Assembly: GCA_964430885.1 (NCBI GenBank)
Contig: CAYSHM010000030.1
Span: forward strand, 1-29,438
Direction: 5' to 3'
DNA length: 29,438 nt
Origin: an uncultured archaeon
Lineage (GTDB): Archaea > Thermoplasmatota > Penumbrarchaeia > JASLWR01
Shown: positions 8,510 to 18,922 of the stretch, one piece after another
Numbering within the stretch: position 1 is the stretch's first letter
How the letters are laid out: the number at the start of each line of letters is the position of its first letter
Position numbers and translations under genes: made by a program
Notes under the pieces: generated by a model
The model's database searches: none
Told to the model about the DNA's origin: nothing
Seen by the model: the letters and a program-made list of their open reading frames with translations, nothing else

Positions 8510-9880
8510 TCAATCTTCTTCTTCGATGCTCTTTTCATGGTTCCCTTTCTTTTTTCCTTCTTGGATTGCTACATCGAGTAGATCAAGGTTTTCCACTTTA
8601 ACAGCGGGTTCGGACCCAGTAACAGAATCCAGCACTTTCCCATCTTCTGAACCAGTATCCGCCAGATCTTCGGCTTCGAAGTAAATCTCACAATCAGGAC
8701 ATTTTTTATCATCCGGACTGACCTCTGCCCCGCACTGTGGACATTCATAGACCTCTTCCCCGAAATTTACTCCGCATTCAGGGCACTTAACTGCCTCTTC
8801 AGGAACCTCGGCCGTGCATTGTGGGCATTCGAAGTGAACACGTTCTTCCTGGCTAACGGCTTCAGATTCGGACTCCGTTTCATCTTCATCCTCTTTCATC
8901 GCCTCGCTTTCAGCCCCCCTGTCCAATTCTTCAAACTCCAGATCACTCCCATCTTCCTCTGCAGATAATGCATTATTCACCGTTTCTCCGTTTACATCAG
9001 GCCTTAATTCATCTTCATTCCCATTATTCTCTTTCTTCGCATTTTCCTCATGAAAATCTATTTTCTTATTATTTAATTCCAGTGTCGCGGAGTCGATTTC
9101 TTTCCTTGGTGCGTTCTCATCATATTGATTGCCCGTTTCACTGTGGGTTCCTAGCATGCTCAGGAGTTTTTTATCATTACCTTCAAGGACATTCTGAATT
9201 GTTTCGAGGATGTCTTTACCGAATTTCCTTGTTTTGATAACCTTGATCCCCTTTACTTCCATGAGCTCCTTTCCGTTGGAAGGCATCTTAAGAGCAAGGT
9301 TTTTTAGGGTTTCATCATCAAAGACCTGGTAGGCTGGAATGCTGTGTTCCACTGCCAATTCGGCTCTCTTCATTCTGAGTTGCCTTATCAGTGTCTTCTG
9401 CACTTCATTGAATATGGGTTCCATCATACTGGCCAGTTCAAAGGGAAGGTTTACCCATGGGATATCTTTTCCTGATAGAGCATTGTGGCCGCTTCTTGAA
9501 ACTCTTATTACAGAGATCTCCTCTTCCTGGGATATGGTGTCTATGAATCCTTTGTCGATTAGGTGGTCTATCATATTGATAATGCTCTTTTTGCTGCATT
9601 TACCCAGATCACCATAGTGGGGATTTGCATCAAGGTTGTTCCTGAATATTACTTCTGAAGCATTGCCTTTAAGGACCTGGGCCATGACATTACGGCCGAA
9701 ATCCTTCTTGATATCACGGAGGCTGTTCAGGATTATGTGGGCAGCGCGTATCTCTAAGATTTCATTAAGGCCCTCAGTGTTCAGAAGTGAAATGTCCCTA
9801 TTGCAGGAAATGCAGTTCTCCGCATCCTCATCCAGTTCATTTCCGCAAAAAGGGCAGAAGTTAATAAATAATCTATGCAT
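8510..9880 (-). CDS. Zinc-ribbon / RQC / HRDC domain protein without a helicase core
   Basis: N-terminal CPFC..CISC; RQC-like FGRNVMAQVLKG...HYGDLG...IDHLIDKGFI; HRDC-like LRMKRAELA..IPAYQVFDDETL..LA..P...EL..VKGI..KFG; acidic linker; C-terminal double zinc ribbon (CPQC/CPEC/CPQC/CPDC). Confidence 0.85.
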   Translation of the reverse strand: MHRLFINFCPFCGNELDEDAENCISCNRDISLLNTEGLNEILEIRAAHIILNSLRDIKKDFGRNVMAQVLKGNASEVIFRNNLDANPHYGDLGKCSKKSIINMIDHLIDKGFIDTISQEEEISVIRVSRSGHNALSGKDIPWVNLPFELASMMEPIFNEVQKTLIRQLRMKRAELAVEHSIPAYQVFDDETLKNLALKMPSNGKELMEVKGIKVIKTRKFGKDILETIQNVLEGNDKKLLSMLGTHSETGNQYDENAPRKEIDSATLELNNKKIDFHEENAKKENNGNEDELRPDVNGETVNNALSAEEDGSDLEFEELDRGAESEAMKEDEDETESESEAVSQEERVHFECPQCTAEVPEEAVKCPECGVNFGEEVYECPQCGAEVSPDDKKCPDCEIYFEAEDLADTGSEDGKVLDSVTGSEPAVKVENLDLLDVAIQEGKKKGNHEKSIEEED

Positions 9881-10068
9881 GATAGTTCACCCTGTATAGG
9901 TAAGAATAATGATGGAATTAATAATGGAATTCATTGAACAAGAATATGAATACAGCTAGTTGCATATATCATTTGCTATGGTTTCATTATTATGTTAAAT
10001 ACTGTAAATCAAACGTTTTTCATTCCTTATGATAAAATCAGAAATTTCAGTCGAAATATATTGCTGGA

Positions 10069-11373
10069 TTGAGTGATGAATGGATGTTTTTCCTGAAGAT
10101 AATCAAGGAGTTAGGGGAACCCCTCAGACAAAAACTGAAAGCCGAAAAATTGATCAATGACAATTACCAGTTTCTCCATGAAGAAGGATTATTATTGATC
10201 CCCTTAAACCATGGTCTAACAAATGAAAGGATAGATGCTCTAAGGACCTATCTTAAAGAAAAGTTAGGTATACCGTATACAGGAAAAATTATCTCCGACA
10301 CGGAGATGTCGAATAATTTTTTGACCCTTATTGAAAAGGAAGGGCAAAGGCGGAGATATCCAAGACTTTCACCTTATGAAAGAATATGCCGGTTTTTAGA
10401 GATTAGGGGATTTCCCTCTGACGTGATGCCAGGTGTTCCAACCCGCTGGGAGGTGTTTGGGGATGTTGTCATTATAAGCCTGATTGAAATGCGGGATATT
10501 TATCTGAAGAGTATAGCTGAGGCTTTTCAGAATGTTCTGGGAATGAGGTCGGTGTTTGTAGACCGAACGGGTATTGCAGGCGAGTTCAGGGAACCTAATC
10601 TTGAGCGGATAATTGGTGATGACCCGGTTACCACCCATGTGGAGAACGGAATTAAGTATACATTTGATGTCGAGAAGATAATGTTCTCTTCCGGAAACAT
10701 TGATGAGAGAATAAGGTTCTCAACCCTTGATTCCCGGGGCCAGATAATTGTAGATATGTTTGCGGGAATCGGATATTTTACACTTCCACTGGCAATGTAC
10801 TCGAAACCTGAACATATCTATGCTCTGGAGAAAAATCCTGTTGCCATCAGATATTTGAAGAAGAACCTGAAAGACAACAAATTGGATGATGTTGTAACAC
10901 CGATACTTGGCGATAACAGGGATTATTCACAAATAAATCTTGCTTCACGCATAATTATGGGCTATTTACCCACACCGGAGTCCTTTATATCCAAAGCCTT
11001 GGGCATACTCAAGGATGATGGCGGAATAATCCATTATCATCATACAGTACCTGTTATTGACCGCTCTAATTCAGGGGCTAAACATCATGAATTAATTACC
11101 AATTCCAGCGGTAACAGTAATAACAATAACATCAATAATGATATGAATTATGAAAAGAACATCGTCACCAGAGATTTACAGAATCGGGGTACCAGAGATA
11201 TTGTCCGACAAAAGGGGAAATGTCAAACCCTATGGAGTTTCATAGAAAACCTGAAGGCTCATCCGGGGAAATATAATGATCTGAGAGTTTCAATAAGTGA
11301 TTACCGTATTATAAAATCATATGCACCAAAGGTATTCCATTGTGTCGCAGATGTTTCATTGAAGCCTAAATAA
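10069..11373 (+). CDS. taw2: tRNA(Phe) wyosine-derivative aminocarboxypropyltransferase (Taw2/TYW2, Trm5/Met-10 family)
   Basis: WEVFGDVVII, HVENGIKYTFDVEKIMFSSGNIDER, VDMFAGIGYF, EKNP, RIIMGYL (Taw2-type; Trm5 has NLP here), IIHYH, KSYAPKVFH. TTG start is uncertain. Confidence 0.8.
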   Translation: MSDEWMFFLKIIKELGEPLRQKLKAEKLINDNYQFLHEEGLLLIPLNHGLTNERIDALRTYLKEKLGIPYTGKIISDTEMSNNFLTLIEKEGQRRRYPRLSPYERICRFLEIRGFPSDVMPGVPTRWEVFGDVVIISLIEMRDIYLKSIAEAFQNVLGMRSVFVDRTGIAGEFREPNLERIIGDDPVTTHVENGIKYTFDVEKIMFSSGNIDERIRFSTLDSRGQIIVDMFAGIGYFTLPLAMYSKPEHIYALEKNPVAIRYLKKNLKDNKLDDVVTPILGDNRDYSQINLASRIIMGYLPTPESFISKALGILKDDGGIIHYHHTVPVIDRSNSGAKHHELITNSSGNSNNNNINNDMNYEKNIVTRDLQNRGTRDIVRQKGKCQTLWSFIENLKAHPGKYNDLRVSISDYRIIKSYAPKVFHCVADVSLKPK

Positions 11374-11406
11374 TGACTGAAATAAGGTAATCAAGAAATT
11401 GCCCAT

Positions 11407-12930
11407 TCAGTATGGGTCTCTCTTGCCGAAGGTGAACACAAAGAGGCTTAACAGGATTATAATGGTCACAAGTACAAGAATGACCGTTAGGGCAGGACTG
11501 CTTCCGCTTGAATCCTTTTGAGAGCCCACATTCTCTTTTTCCCAATCAGTTGAAAAATATCTGACGGAATCCTTGTAATATGTACAGTTGAATCTATATT
11601 GTATATTCTTATCTGAATGGACTAGATCGCTCAGTGGAACCGATCTCTCGAAGGTGTCCATCCTGTCATCGTCGGCATACATGGGGTAAGTGTAGATATT
11701 TTCACCTTCCTTGTCCCTTATCTCAACGATGACGGTGGTTGGAAGTACATCGTATTCCCATCTGATTGAAAACTTCATTGTACCTCCGTTTTCATCCTCG
11801 AACTCAGATTGATCAGTAAGGACTGGAGTCCCGGCAGGGGTGGATCTAAGTATTGTGAAAGGCTTTACAGTTATTGTGAAATCGGACTGCTTATAGACGT
11901 AGATGAGCTTGTATTTCCAGCTGCCGATTTTGATTCCATTAATATCAGAAACATGGACCTCTCTTTTGAACAGCACCCCCTCTTCGAAATCTCCGCCCTG
12001 GGTCATCAGAACCTTGGTATCAATTAATTCCTCAGTAGTTGAATTCAGGAATATGATTTCGATCTTTTCCGGAGGGTCACCCTCATTGTCCATGTAGGTG
12101 ACTGTGAACTCTATCACCGAGTTTAATCTGATTATGCCCGGCAGTGCTGTGGTATCAGAGACATCAGGGAGGGTATCATTATCAGACCCGCCGTTATTGA
12201 TAACGTTTATATGAAATGTCTTTTCAAATACCAATTCATTATCTCCATCAACTTTTCTCCCAGTATATACCTCATATGTGAAAGAATCGACGGTATCTGG
12301 CATCTTACCCACATTATTCGAGTACCGCCCTTGGTCAAGAACGAGTTCATGCTCGCTGCCGCCGATGGAAACTTTTACCCATATGATAGGGTCCTGATCC
12401 GGATCATCTATCTCGGCTGTAATTATGATATTGTCTCCAGTGGTTACGGTATCAGGCGTATGGTCTAGGACCGTAGGTTCTTTATCGCTTTCTTTTATGC
12501 TAAACCTTCCGCCAGTAGTATTGTCCCGAGTTCCATCAGTTAGGTGTATCACGAAACAGTATTCCCATTCTCCTGCGGTCAATTGGGAAGTATTGATATA
12601 GTTATGAAGCCTGAAAAGATTCGGGTAAGGTTCTTCTGTAAGATCCGATTCAAAACTGAATATTTCCTGTTCCTGAGGTTCAGAAACCCTGTAAAGACAT
12701 ACATAAGTCGCATTGATCTCCTGTGATGAATAGAGTATTTCTCCCGGGGTTTGAACCTGAGCTACCAAATGAATCCGATCGCCTTTCACTATTATTTCCG
12801 CCACATCAGATGAATCAAGAACCGATAAATCAGTTTCACCACTGGCTGTAGCTGTTATTATCTGGAATAGTGTTGACACAACACAGATGATGATTAGTGT
12901 GGTTTTTGTTTTATTGGTAAATGTGGCCAT
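11407..12930 (-). CDS. Secreted, C-terminally anchored surface protein with beta-sandwich domains
   Basis: N-terminal signal peptide, acidic beta-rich body with N-x-S/T sequons, C-terminal SSGSSPA + TM + KR tail. Confidence 0.85.
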   Translation of the reverse strand: MATFTNKTKTTLIIICVVSTLFQIITATASGETDLSVLDSSDVAEIIVKGDRIHLVAQVQTPGEILYSSQEINATYVCLYRVSEPQEQEIFSFESDLTEEPYPNLFRLHNYINTSQLTAGEWEYCFVIHLTDGTRDNTTGGRFSIKESDKEPTVLDHTPDTVTTGDNIIITAEIDDPDQDPIIWVKVSIGGSEHELVLDQGRYSNNVGKMPDTVDSFTYEVYTGRKVDGDNELVFEKTFHINVINNGGSDNDTLPDVSDTTALPGIIRLNSVIEFTVTYMDNEGDPPEKIEIIFLNSTTEELIDTKVLMTQGGDFEEGVLFKREVHVSDINGIKIGSWKYKLIYVYKQSDFTITVKPFTILRSTPAGTPVLTDQSEFEDENGGTMKFSIRWEYDVLPTTVIVEIRDKEGENIYTYPMYADDDRMDTFERSVPLSDLVHSDKNIQYRFNCTYYKDSVRYFSTDWEKENVGSQKDSSGSSPALTVILVLVTIIILLSLFVFTFGKRDPY

Positions 12931-13252
12931 TTTAATCGATCCTTTGAGAATAGTTCATTGGTAAATCAATTATTAATTAGTAGAAATTCATGGTGCTATG
13001 AAAATTATATATCAGTTTGGGATTATTTTACGTTTATGATATAAATGGGTGCTTTGAAGAAAAATAATTTATCAAATTTTGACGGAAACATCACGGTTTT
13101 TCCATTTGTACAACTGACTTTACCCCTAAATCTTCACAATGTTTGTCCCATGCGGAGAAAACATTAATATCATATCTTCAATCACTCTTTTACAGGTTTA
13201 GATCAATTTCATAATCATGAAAAATTGATGAGAAAATGATTAGGGTGAGATT

Positions 13253-15802
13253 ATGATTTCGTCAGGTGTAAAATATTATATCTTGATCACATCAGTTCTG
13301 TTGTTAACTGCAGGTTTATCCGTCCCAGGATTATTGAGTGCAGACAGGTTGGAGATAGATGAGGGAACTAGACTCTATAACGCTCCCGTTTGGAACACCG
13401 GTGATTGGTGGAAATACTACCATTACGATGATATGGATACCACCTTGAATTCGCAAGGGATAGTTATAACCATTGATGAGGAGACCACTATACAGACCAT
13501 GGTCGTGGAGAGCGAGGAGTCCGTGACAGTCAATGGGACGTCCTATGATATATACAACGTCTCAATATCTGGACACACAGCACAGAGAGGTACAGCCTCA
13601 TTCATGGGCAACAGCGGTGATTACCAGGATAACAGTCAGGTAACGGGATATGCATATTATAGGCGCTCTGACCTGGCATACGTGAAGGAGGTCCTTCACA
13701 ATACAGGTAAGATTACAATCACTATTCTAGGCGAGACCGTTGAAGAGAACCATGAAGATGTGATAATTTCAACAGCAGAGCCCGCTAGAGAAGATTTCAA
13801 GTTCCCAATGTCCGCAGCAACAACCTGGAATGTGAATTCTGTTGTAACCATCAACCAGACAATAACTTCAATGGGTGAGACCCAGTCTGACGAATACCGG
13901 ATGATATACAATTTCGGAGCTACAGTTGAACTGGAGAAGACAGAAGAAGTGCTTGGGGAGGATATGGATTTTCATCCCGTTCATTATGTAGGGACAATTA
14001 CAATCGACGGAATACCTGCTGTTCTCAATACATACAACAATTATTCTGCTGAGGTGAAGAATTCCATTGAGGGTCTTCTGGGTTACGGGGATGCTGCAAA
14101 TCCCCCTGGTTCAGGTGATCTGGAGGTCAGCCAATCGTCCTTCGCCCTCCATCCATCCACGCCCAGGGAGAATACGCCATTCAACATTACCTGCAATGTA
14201 AGCAATAAGGGAACGGGGAAGGTTGTGGGTGTGAGGGTAAATGCATCTCTGGACGGGGATTATTTGGGAAAGGAGAGAATGATCAGCTTCATTGATCCAG
14301 GTGAATATGTGAGTTTGAATTATTCCATAGACGCACTCTCTGCGGGAAGCTACGATCTGGATATCATTTTGGATCCCGATAATTATGTGGAAGAGACCAA
14401 TGAGGACAACAACGATTTCACATATACTTTCCAGATATATCAGAACCAGGCTCCGGTGATACAGGCTCCGATTCCTTTCTTCGATCATATAGTTGTCAAC
14501 GTTGATGCAGAGGTGGGATTCCATGTTGATGTGATGGAACCGGAAGGAGATGAGGTGGAGTTCCTGTGGAAGGTAGATGGACAGGTGGTTTACGGGGCTC
14601 ATACGTCGGATTTGCAGCACACGTTTTCAGATGCGGATGGGGGCGATGTGATAATTGTAGCAGTCAATGCCACAGATCCTTTCGGTGCTGCGGATTCTTT
14701 CCAATGGACAGTTACGATAAATACTGCCCCAACCATAACCGGTCATACACCCCAGGATGTGGAATTCACCGTAAACGAGACCGAGACTGCCCAGATTTCC
14801 ATCACGTATGAGAACCTTGGAGATAATAATGTGCGTTTAGAATGGTATCTGAATGGCGTATTGATTCCAGGTAAAGTAACCACAATGTTTGATTTCCCTA
14901 CTAGCTTCGACGGAGACAATTCCTCTGCTGATTCTCCCTATGACATCAGGGTTGTGGTGACCGATGCACTAAATCTCAGCGACAGTATGGATTTCAGGGT
15001 TCATGTGACCAATGTAAATAGGGCCCCCGAAATAATTAATACCTTCATGAACGGCACTTCAGCTCAGGAGTACACAATCAATGAGTCGGAATCTCTTTCC
15101 ATAGAAGCGATAGCGAGCGACCCTGACTCAGATGATCTGAGCTATACTTGGTACCTGGATGGGGAGGTTCTTCAGGGTGAAACGGGAAGCGAATTTGTTC
15201 TAGCCACGGATTATGACACTGTAGATCATACCGGCACGAAGAAGGTAAGGGATTTTCAGGTAATAGTAAATATCAGCGATGGAGCGGATGCGATCACCGC
15301 CGAATGGACAGTAAAGGTCCGTGATGTCAACAGGGGATTGAGCATAACCGATATAGGGCCAGAGGAAAATGAACTTAAAGAAATAATGGAGGATGAAAAG
15401 ATCAACTTCTCCGTCACAGCGGTTGATGAGGATGGGGATAATGTTACCTATACCTGGTATTTAGATGGAAATATGCTTACAGTTGACAGGGAATTTTCCT
15501 ACAAGTTCACCAAGGCTGGAAATTTTACAATAAAGGTTGTGGCCGAGGATGGTTTTGGATTCACAGACGAAAAATATCTAGAACTATCGGTTGTGGGTGA
15601 TGATCCGGTTGTGAGTGGTGATGATGATACCGGCAGCGATGATGATTCTTCCGGCGGCAGCAGCGGAGGATCTTTAATCTGGATAATGATCTTTCTAGTA
15701 GTGATCATAGTTATCATAGTCGTCATAATAGTCCTGAAGGGCAAGAAAAAGAAGGGATCCGGTGAGGATGAACCGCCAAAGAATGTTGAATTCCAGCAAT
15801 GA
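13253..15802 (+). CDS. Surface protein with CARDB and Ig/PKD-like repeats and C-terminal TM anchor
   Basis: Signal peptide; APVWNTGDWWKY domain; CARDB (DL...VSNKG...LDPDNYVEETNEDNN); four NxAP...D.DGD...W..DG repeats; Gly/Asp linker; TM; KGKKKK. Confidence 0.9.
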   Translation: MISSGVKYYILITSVLLLTAGLSVPGLLSADRLEIDEGTRLYNAPVWNTGDWWKYYHYDDMDTTLNSQGIVITIDEETTIQTMVVESEESVTVNGTSYDIYNVSISGHTAQRGTASFMGNSGDYQDNSQVTGYAYYRRSDLAYVKEVLHNTGKITITILGETVEENHEDVIISTAEPAREDFKFPMSAATTWNVNSVVTINQTITSMGETQSDEYRMIYNFGATVELEKTEEVLGEDMDFHPVHYVGTITIDGIPAVLNTYNNYSAEVKNSIEGLLGYGDAANPPGSGDLEVSQSSFALHPSTPRENTPFNITCNVSNKGTGKVVGVRVNASLDGDYLGKERMISFIDPGEYVSLNYSIDALSAGSYDLDIILDPDNYVEETNEDNNDFTYTFQIYQNQAPVIQAPIPFFDHIVVNVDAEVGFHVDVMEPEGDEVEFLWKVDGQVVYGAHTSDLQHTFSDADGGDVIIVAVNATDPFGAADSFQWTVTINTAPTITGHTPQDVEFTVNETETAQISITYENLGDNNVRLEWYLNGVLIPGKVTTMFDFPTSFDGDNSSADSPYDIRVVVTDALNLSDSMDFRVHVTNVNRAPEIINTFMNGTSAQEYTINESESLSIEAIASDPDSDDLSYTWYLDGEVLQGETGSEFVLATDYDTVDHTGTKKVRDFQVIVNISDGADAITAEWTVKVRDVNRGLSITDIGPEENELKEIMEDEKINFSVTAVDEDGDNVTYTWYLDGNMLTVDREFSYKFTKAGNFTIKVVAEDGFGFTDEKYLELSVVGDDPVVSGDDDTGSDDDSSGGSSGGSLIWIMIFLVVIIVIIVVIIVLKGKKKKGSGEDEPPKNVEFQQ

Positions 15803-15899
15803 CGTAATACATTTAATTCCAGTAACAATGAAATACATCTAAGCTCAGCAGTATTAAGCTGTAAAACCGCGATACTAAATAATATAGGAAAGTGAAACA

Positions 15900-16052
15900 A
15901 TGGAAAAACAAGCTTTCAAATGCCCTCTTTTGGGTTCGGATTGTTTAAGGGATGAATGCGCATGGTATCTGGCAACCGGCCAGTGTTCCGTATTTGCAAT
16001 AGCCCAGTCCCTGGCGATGGGTGTATCTAGGCCAGGGCTTAACAGATTGTGA
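15900..16052 (+). CDS. 50-aa Cys-rich small protein (not in the ORF track)
   Basis: Translated by hand: MEKQAFKCPLLGSDCLRDECAWYLATGQCSVFAIAQSLAMGVSRPGLNRL*. Four Cys; fills the gap just upstream of CDC48 on the same strand. Confidence 0.65.
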   Translation: MEKQAFKCPLLGSDCLRDECAWYLATGQCSVFAIAQSLAMGVSRPGLNRL

Positions 16053-16069
16053 TATGCAATGACTAACAA

Positions 16070-18610
16070 GTGGTTGTCATGACTTCTTCAAATAGATTAA
16101 AACTGGGAATGATCCACGCTAATGATGCTGGCAAGGGAATAATAAGATTGGATCCCAAATTGATGGCTGAGAAAGGGCTTAAAGAAGGCGATATTATTCT
16201 TCTGGACGGTCCTAAACAAGCAGCAGTAGCCGTCAAGAAGGGTTATGCTGAGGATGCTGGAACCAAGGTCGGCCGTGTGGATGGAATGATAAGGCGGAAT
16301 GCAGATATCGAAATTGGGATGGAGGTGGAGTTCCGTAAGATCGATAGAAAGACCGCCAAATCAGTTTCCCTGATACCCCAGACCGAGCTTAGACTGAAGG
16401 GTGGACAGGCGCTTCTTGCAACATTGTTATCGGATATACCAGTAATGAAGGGTAATTTTCTTGACATCAATATCATGGGCAACCGGTATCTCATCGAGGT
16501 TGCGTCCTTCCTTCCGACAGATGCCGAGGCTGTTGTCATCGATGCCGCCACCAGGATGAAGTTCGGCGGGGATAAGCAGGCCCAAGTAGCCGCAGACGGA
16601 CGTTCAACAACCACGATACCCCATCTTGTTTACGAGGATATCGGCGGACTTGATGGAGAGATCGAGAGGATGCGGGAGATGGTCGAGCTGCCCCTTAATC
16701 ATCCTGAATTGTTCGAAAGATTGGGTGTTGAACCGCCCAAGGGTGTTCTTCTCCATGGTCCCCCCGGGACGGGTAAGACTCTCCTTGCCAAGGCAGTGGC
16801 TTCAGAGACACAGAGTTCTTTTTTCTATATTGCTGGCCCCGAGATAATGAGCAAATTCTACGGCGAGAGCGAGGAAAAGATAAGGAAGATCTTCGATCGT
16901 GCAAAGCAGAATGCTCCCTCTATCATATTCATCGATGAGATCGATTCAATAGCCCCTAAAAGGGACGAGACCAGCCATGAGATGGAGCGGAGGATAGTAG
17001 CCCAGATCCTGACCCTAATGGACGGAATGGAGGCTCGGGGTGAGGTTGTGATAATTGGAGCTACAAACCGCCCCAATTCCCTGGACCCTGCTCTCCGGAG
17101 GCCTGGTCGGTTTGACCGTGAAATAGTGATAGCTACACCCCGTAGAAAGGGCAGATTGGAGATCCTGCAGATCCATTCTCGGGGGATGCCTATGGCAGAA
17201 GACGTTTCTCTTGAAGCTCTTGCCGATATCACCCATGGATTTGTAGGGGCGGATCTTCATGCCCTTTGCAAGGAGGCTGCGCTGAATTCCCTTCGGAACG
17301 TTATGGATATGATAAAGGTTCAGGATGACGAGATCCCGGCAGAGGTACTGAAAGAGCTGAGGGTTCAGAAGGAGGATTTCCTCAATGCCTTCAGGGGCCT
17401 GGAACCATCTGCCATGAGAGAGGTTTTGATCAAGAAGCCCAATGTGAAATGGGAACAGATAGGCGGACTATCCGAGGCTAAACAGGATATCATCGAGTCA
17501 GTTCAGTGGCCACTGGTATATCCAGCAATGTATGAGCATCTGGATGTTTTCCCTCCAAAAGGTATTATCCTTTATGGTCCCCCGGGAACAGGCAAAACAC
17601 TACTGGCAAAGGCAGTGGCTACCGAGACTGAAGCCAACTTCATAAGCATAAAGGGCGCGGAATTTCATTCCAAATGGCTGGGGGAATCGGAAAAAGCAGT
17701 AAGAGAGACCTTCCGCAAGGCCAAACAAGCCTCTCCCTGCATAGTGTTCTTTGACGAGATAGACGCTATCGCCCCGACAAGGACCTCGGGAGGCGGCGAG
17801 TCCCAGGCGGTGGAGAGGGTGGTTAGCCAGCTTCTCATCGAGATGGACGGTATCGAAAGCCTTCATGGTGTTGTCCTCATGGCTGCAACCAATCGTTTGG
17901 ATATTATAGACCCTGCACTTCTCAGACCCGGAAGGTTCGACAGGCACATACTGGTTGGAATACCCAATGAGGACGCCCGAATGGAAATAATAGGAATTCA
18001 TACCTGCAACAAACCACTAGCCCCTGAGGTGGACCTGGATGAGGTTTGCAGGCAGGCCGAGGGTTTCACTGGTGCTGACTTATCCAATCTGTGCAATGAG
18101 GCGGGAATGCTTGCCCTTCGGGAATATGTGGGTGAGATGTGCAGTATAAGTTCATCTGAGCTCACCCCTCAAGGGGAGATAATCCGTCTTACAGAGCTGA
18201 ATTCTGACGATAAGGGAAGATACACAATAGGGAAACGGCATTTCGATCTGGCGTTCAGGAAGGTCCGGCCCAGCGTCAAGGACGCTGAGAAATATATGTC
18301 CGAATATGATAAGAACAAGCAGCCAATGGGTGAGGGAGGAAAGAATAAAGAAGTGCTGGTGGGCAAAGCGGCAAACAGCAAGGCAGGGCCGGTGGTTGTA
18401 TGCGGCAACGGCCGTGTTGTGCATATTACTGGAATTGACCCTTGGGATGATGATGTTGTGGGTAGAATGGTGGAGGTCACCGGGTTGGTAAAAGACAATA
18501 CTTGCGAGATACCCAAGGCCTCTGTTGATAAGGACGGTGCAATATCCCAGGGAATCGAGGGAGATGCTGAGGTTGTAAAAAATGCATCCTGGAAGCTTCA
18601 TGATCAATAG
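16070..18610 (+). CDS. cdc48: CDC48/VAT family AAA+ ATPase with an extra C-terminal domain (start may be ATG 16079)
   Basis: N-domain ([10 protein letters not shown]...[10 protein letters not shown]); D1 [32 protein letters not shown]; D2 [31 protein letters not shown]. Confidence 0.96.
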   Translation: MVVMTSSNRLKLGMIHANDAGKGIIRLDPKLMAEKGLKEGDIILLDGPKQAAVAVKKGYAEDAGTKVGRVDGMIRRNADIEIGMEVEFRKIDRKTAKSVSLIPQTELRLKGGQALLATLLSDIPVMKGNFLDINIMGNRYLIEVASFLPTDAEAVVIDAATRMKFGGDKQAQVAADGRSTTTIPHLVYEDIGGLDGEIERMREMVELPLNHPELFERLGVEPPKGVLLHGPPGTGKTLLAKAVASETQSSFFYIAGPEIMSKFYGESEEKIRKIFDRAKQNAPSIIFIDEIDSIAPKRDETSHEMERRIVAQILTLMDGMEARGEVVIIGATNRPNSLDPALRRPGRFDREIVIATPRRKGRLEILQIHSRGMPMAEDVSLEALADITHGFVGADLHALCKEAALNSLRNVMDMIKVQDDEIPAEVLKELRVQKEDFLNAFRGLEPSAMREVLIKKPNVKWEQIGGLSEAKQDIIESVQWPLVYPAMYEHLDVFPPKGIILYGPPGTGKTLLAKAVATETEANFISIKGAEFHSKWLGESEKAVRETFRKAKQASPCIVFFDEIDAIAPTRTSGGGESQAVERVVSQLLIEMDGIESLHGVVLMAATNRLDIIDPALLRPGRFDRHILVGIPNEDARMEIIGIHTCNKPLAPEVDLDEVCRQAEGFTGADLSNLCNEAGMLALREYVGEMCSISSSELTPQGEIIRLTELNSDDKGRYTIGKRHFDLAFRKVRPSVKDAEKYMSEYDKNKQPMGEGGKNKEVLVGKAANSKAGPVVVCGNGRVVHITGIDPWDDDVVGRMVEVTGLVKDNTCEIPKASVDKDGAISQGIEGDAEVVKNASWKLHDQ

Positions 18611-18627
18611 GTTAAGATTTCAATGAA

Positions 18628-18894
18628 TTATTCATGATTGGATATTAAGACCTCGATTTTGTTCAGGAATATCTTAAGGTCGGTAGATAAGGGATTCTCG
18701 GCCTTTTTTATCAAATTCTCCAGCTTGTGAATAATGTTAGACAGATCCAATGAGCCATGATCATTAGCAATTTTTAAGATAATATGAGGTTGAACGAGAT
18801 AGGGTGCGGATTCAACATATGCTTTTCTTATACCGTCTGGTAATTGAGTGAGGATTTCGTCGGGATTATCAATGAAATAAGTATTGCTCTCCAT
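18628..18894 (-). CDS. Hypothetical protein
   Basis: 88-aa ORF with GGAGGT RBS at 18901-18906; last gene of a three-gene minus-strand run. Confidence 0.7.
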   Translation of the reverse strand: MESNTYFIDNPDEILTQLPDGIRKAYVESAPYLVQPHIILKIANDHGSLDLSNIIHKLENLIKKAENPLSTDLKIFLNKIEVLISNHE

Positions 18895-18922
18895 TTATGA
18901 ACCTCCTTCTATTTTCAACATT

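Noticed and set aside
11053-11230. Taw2 insertion as an intein or intron
   Set aside because: Too short, no C/S...HN-C/S/T termini, and the frame is intact; looks like a low-complexity loop.
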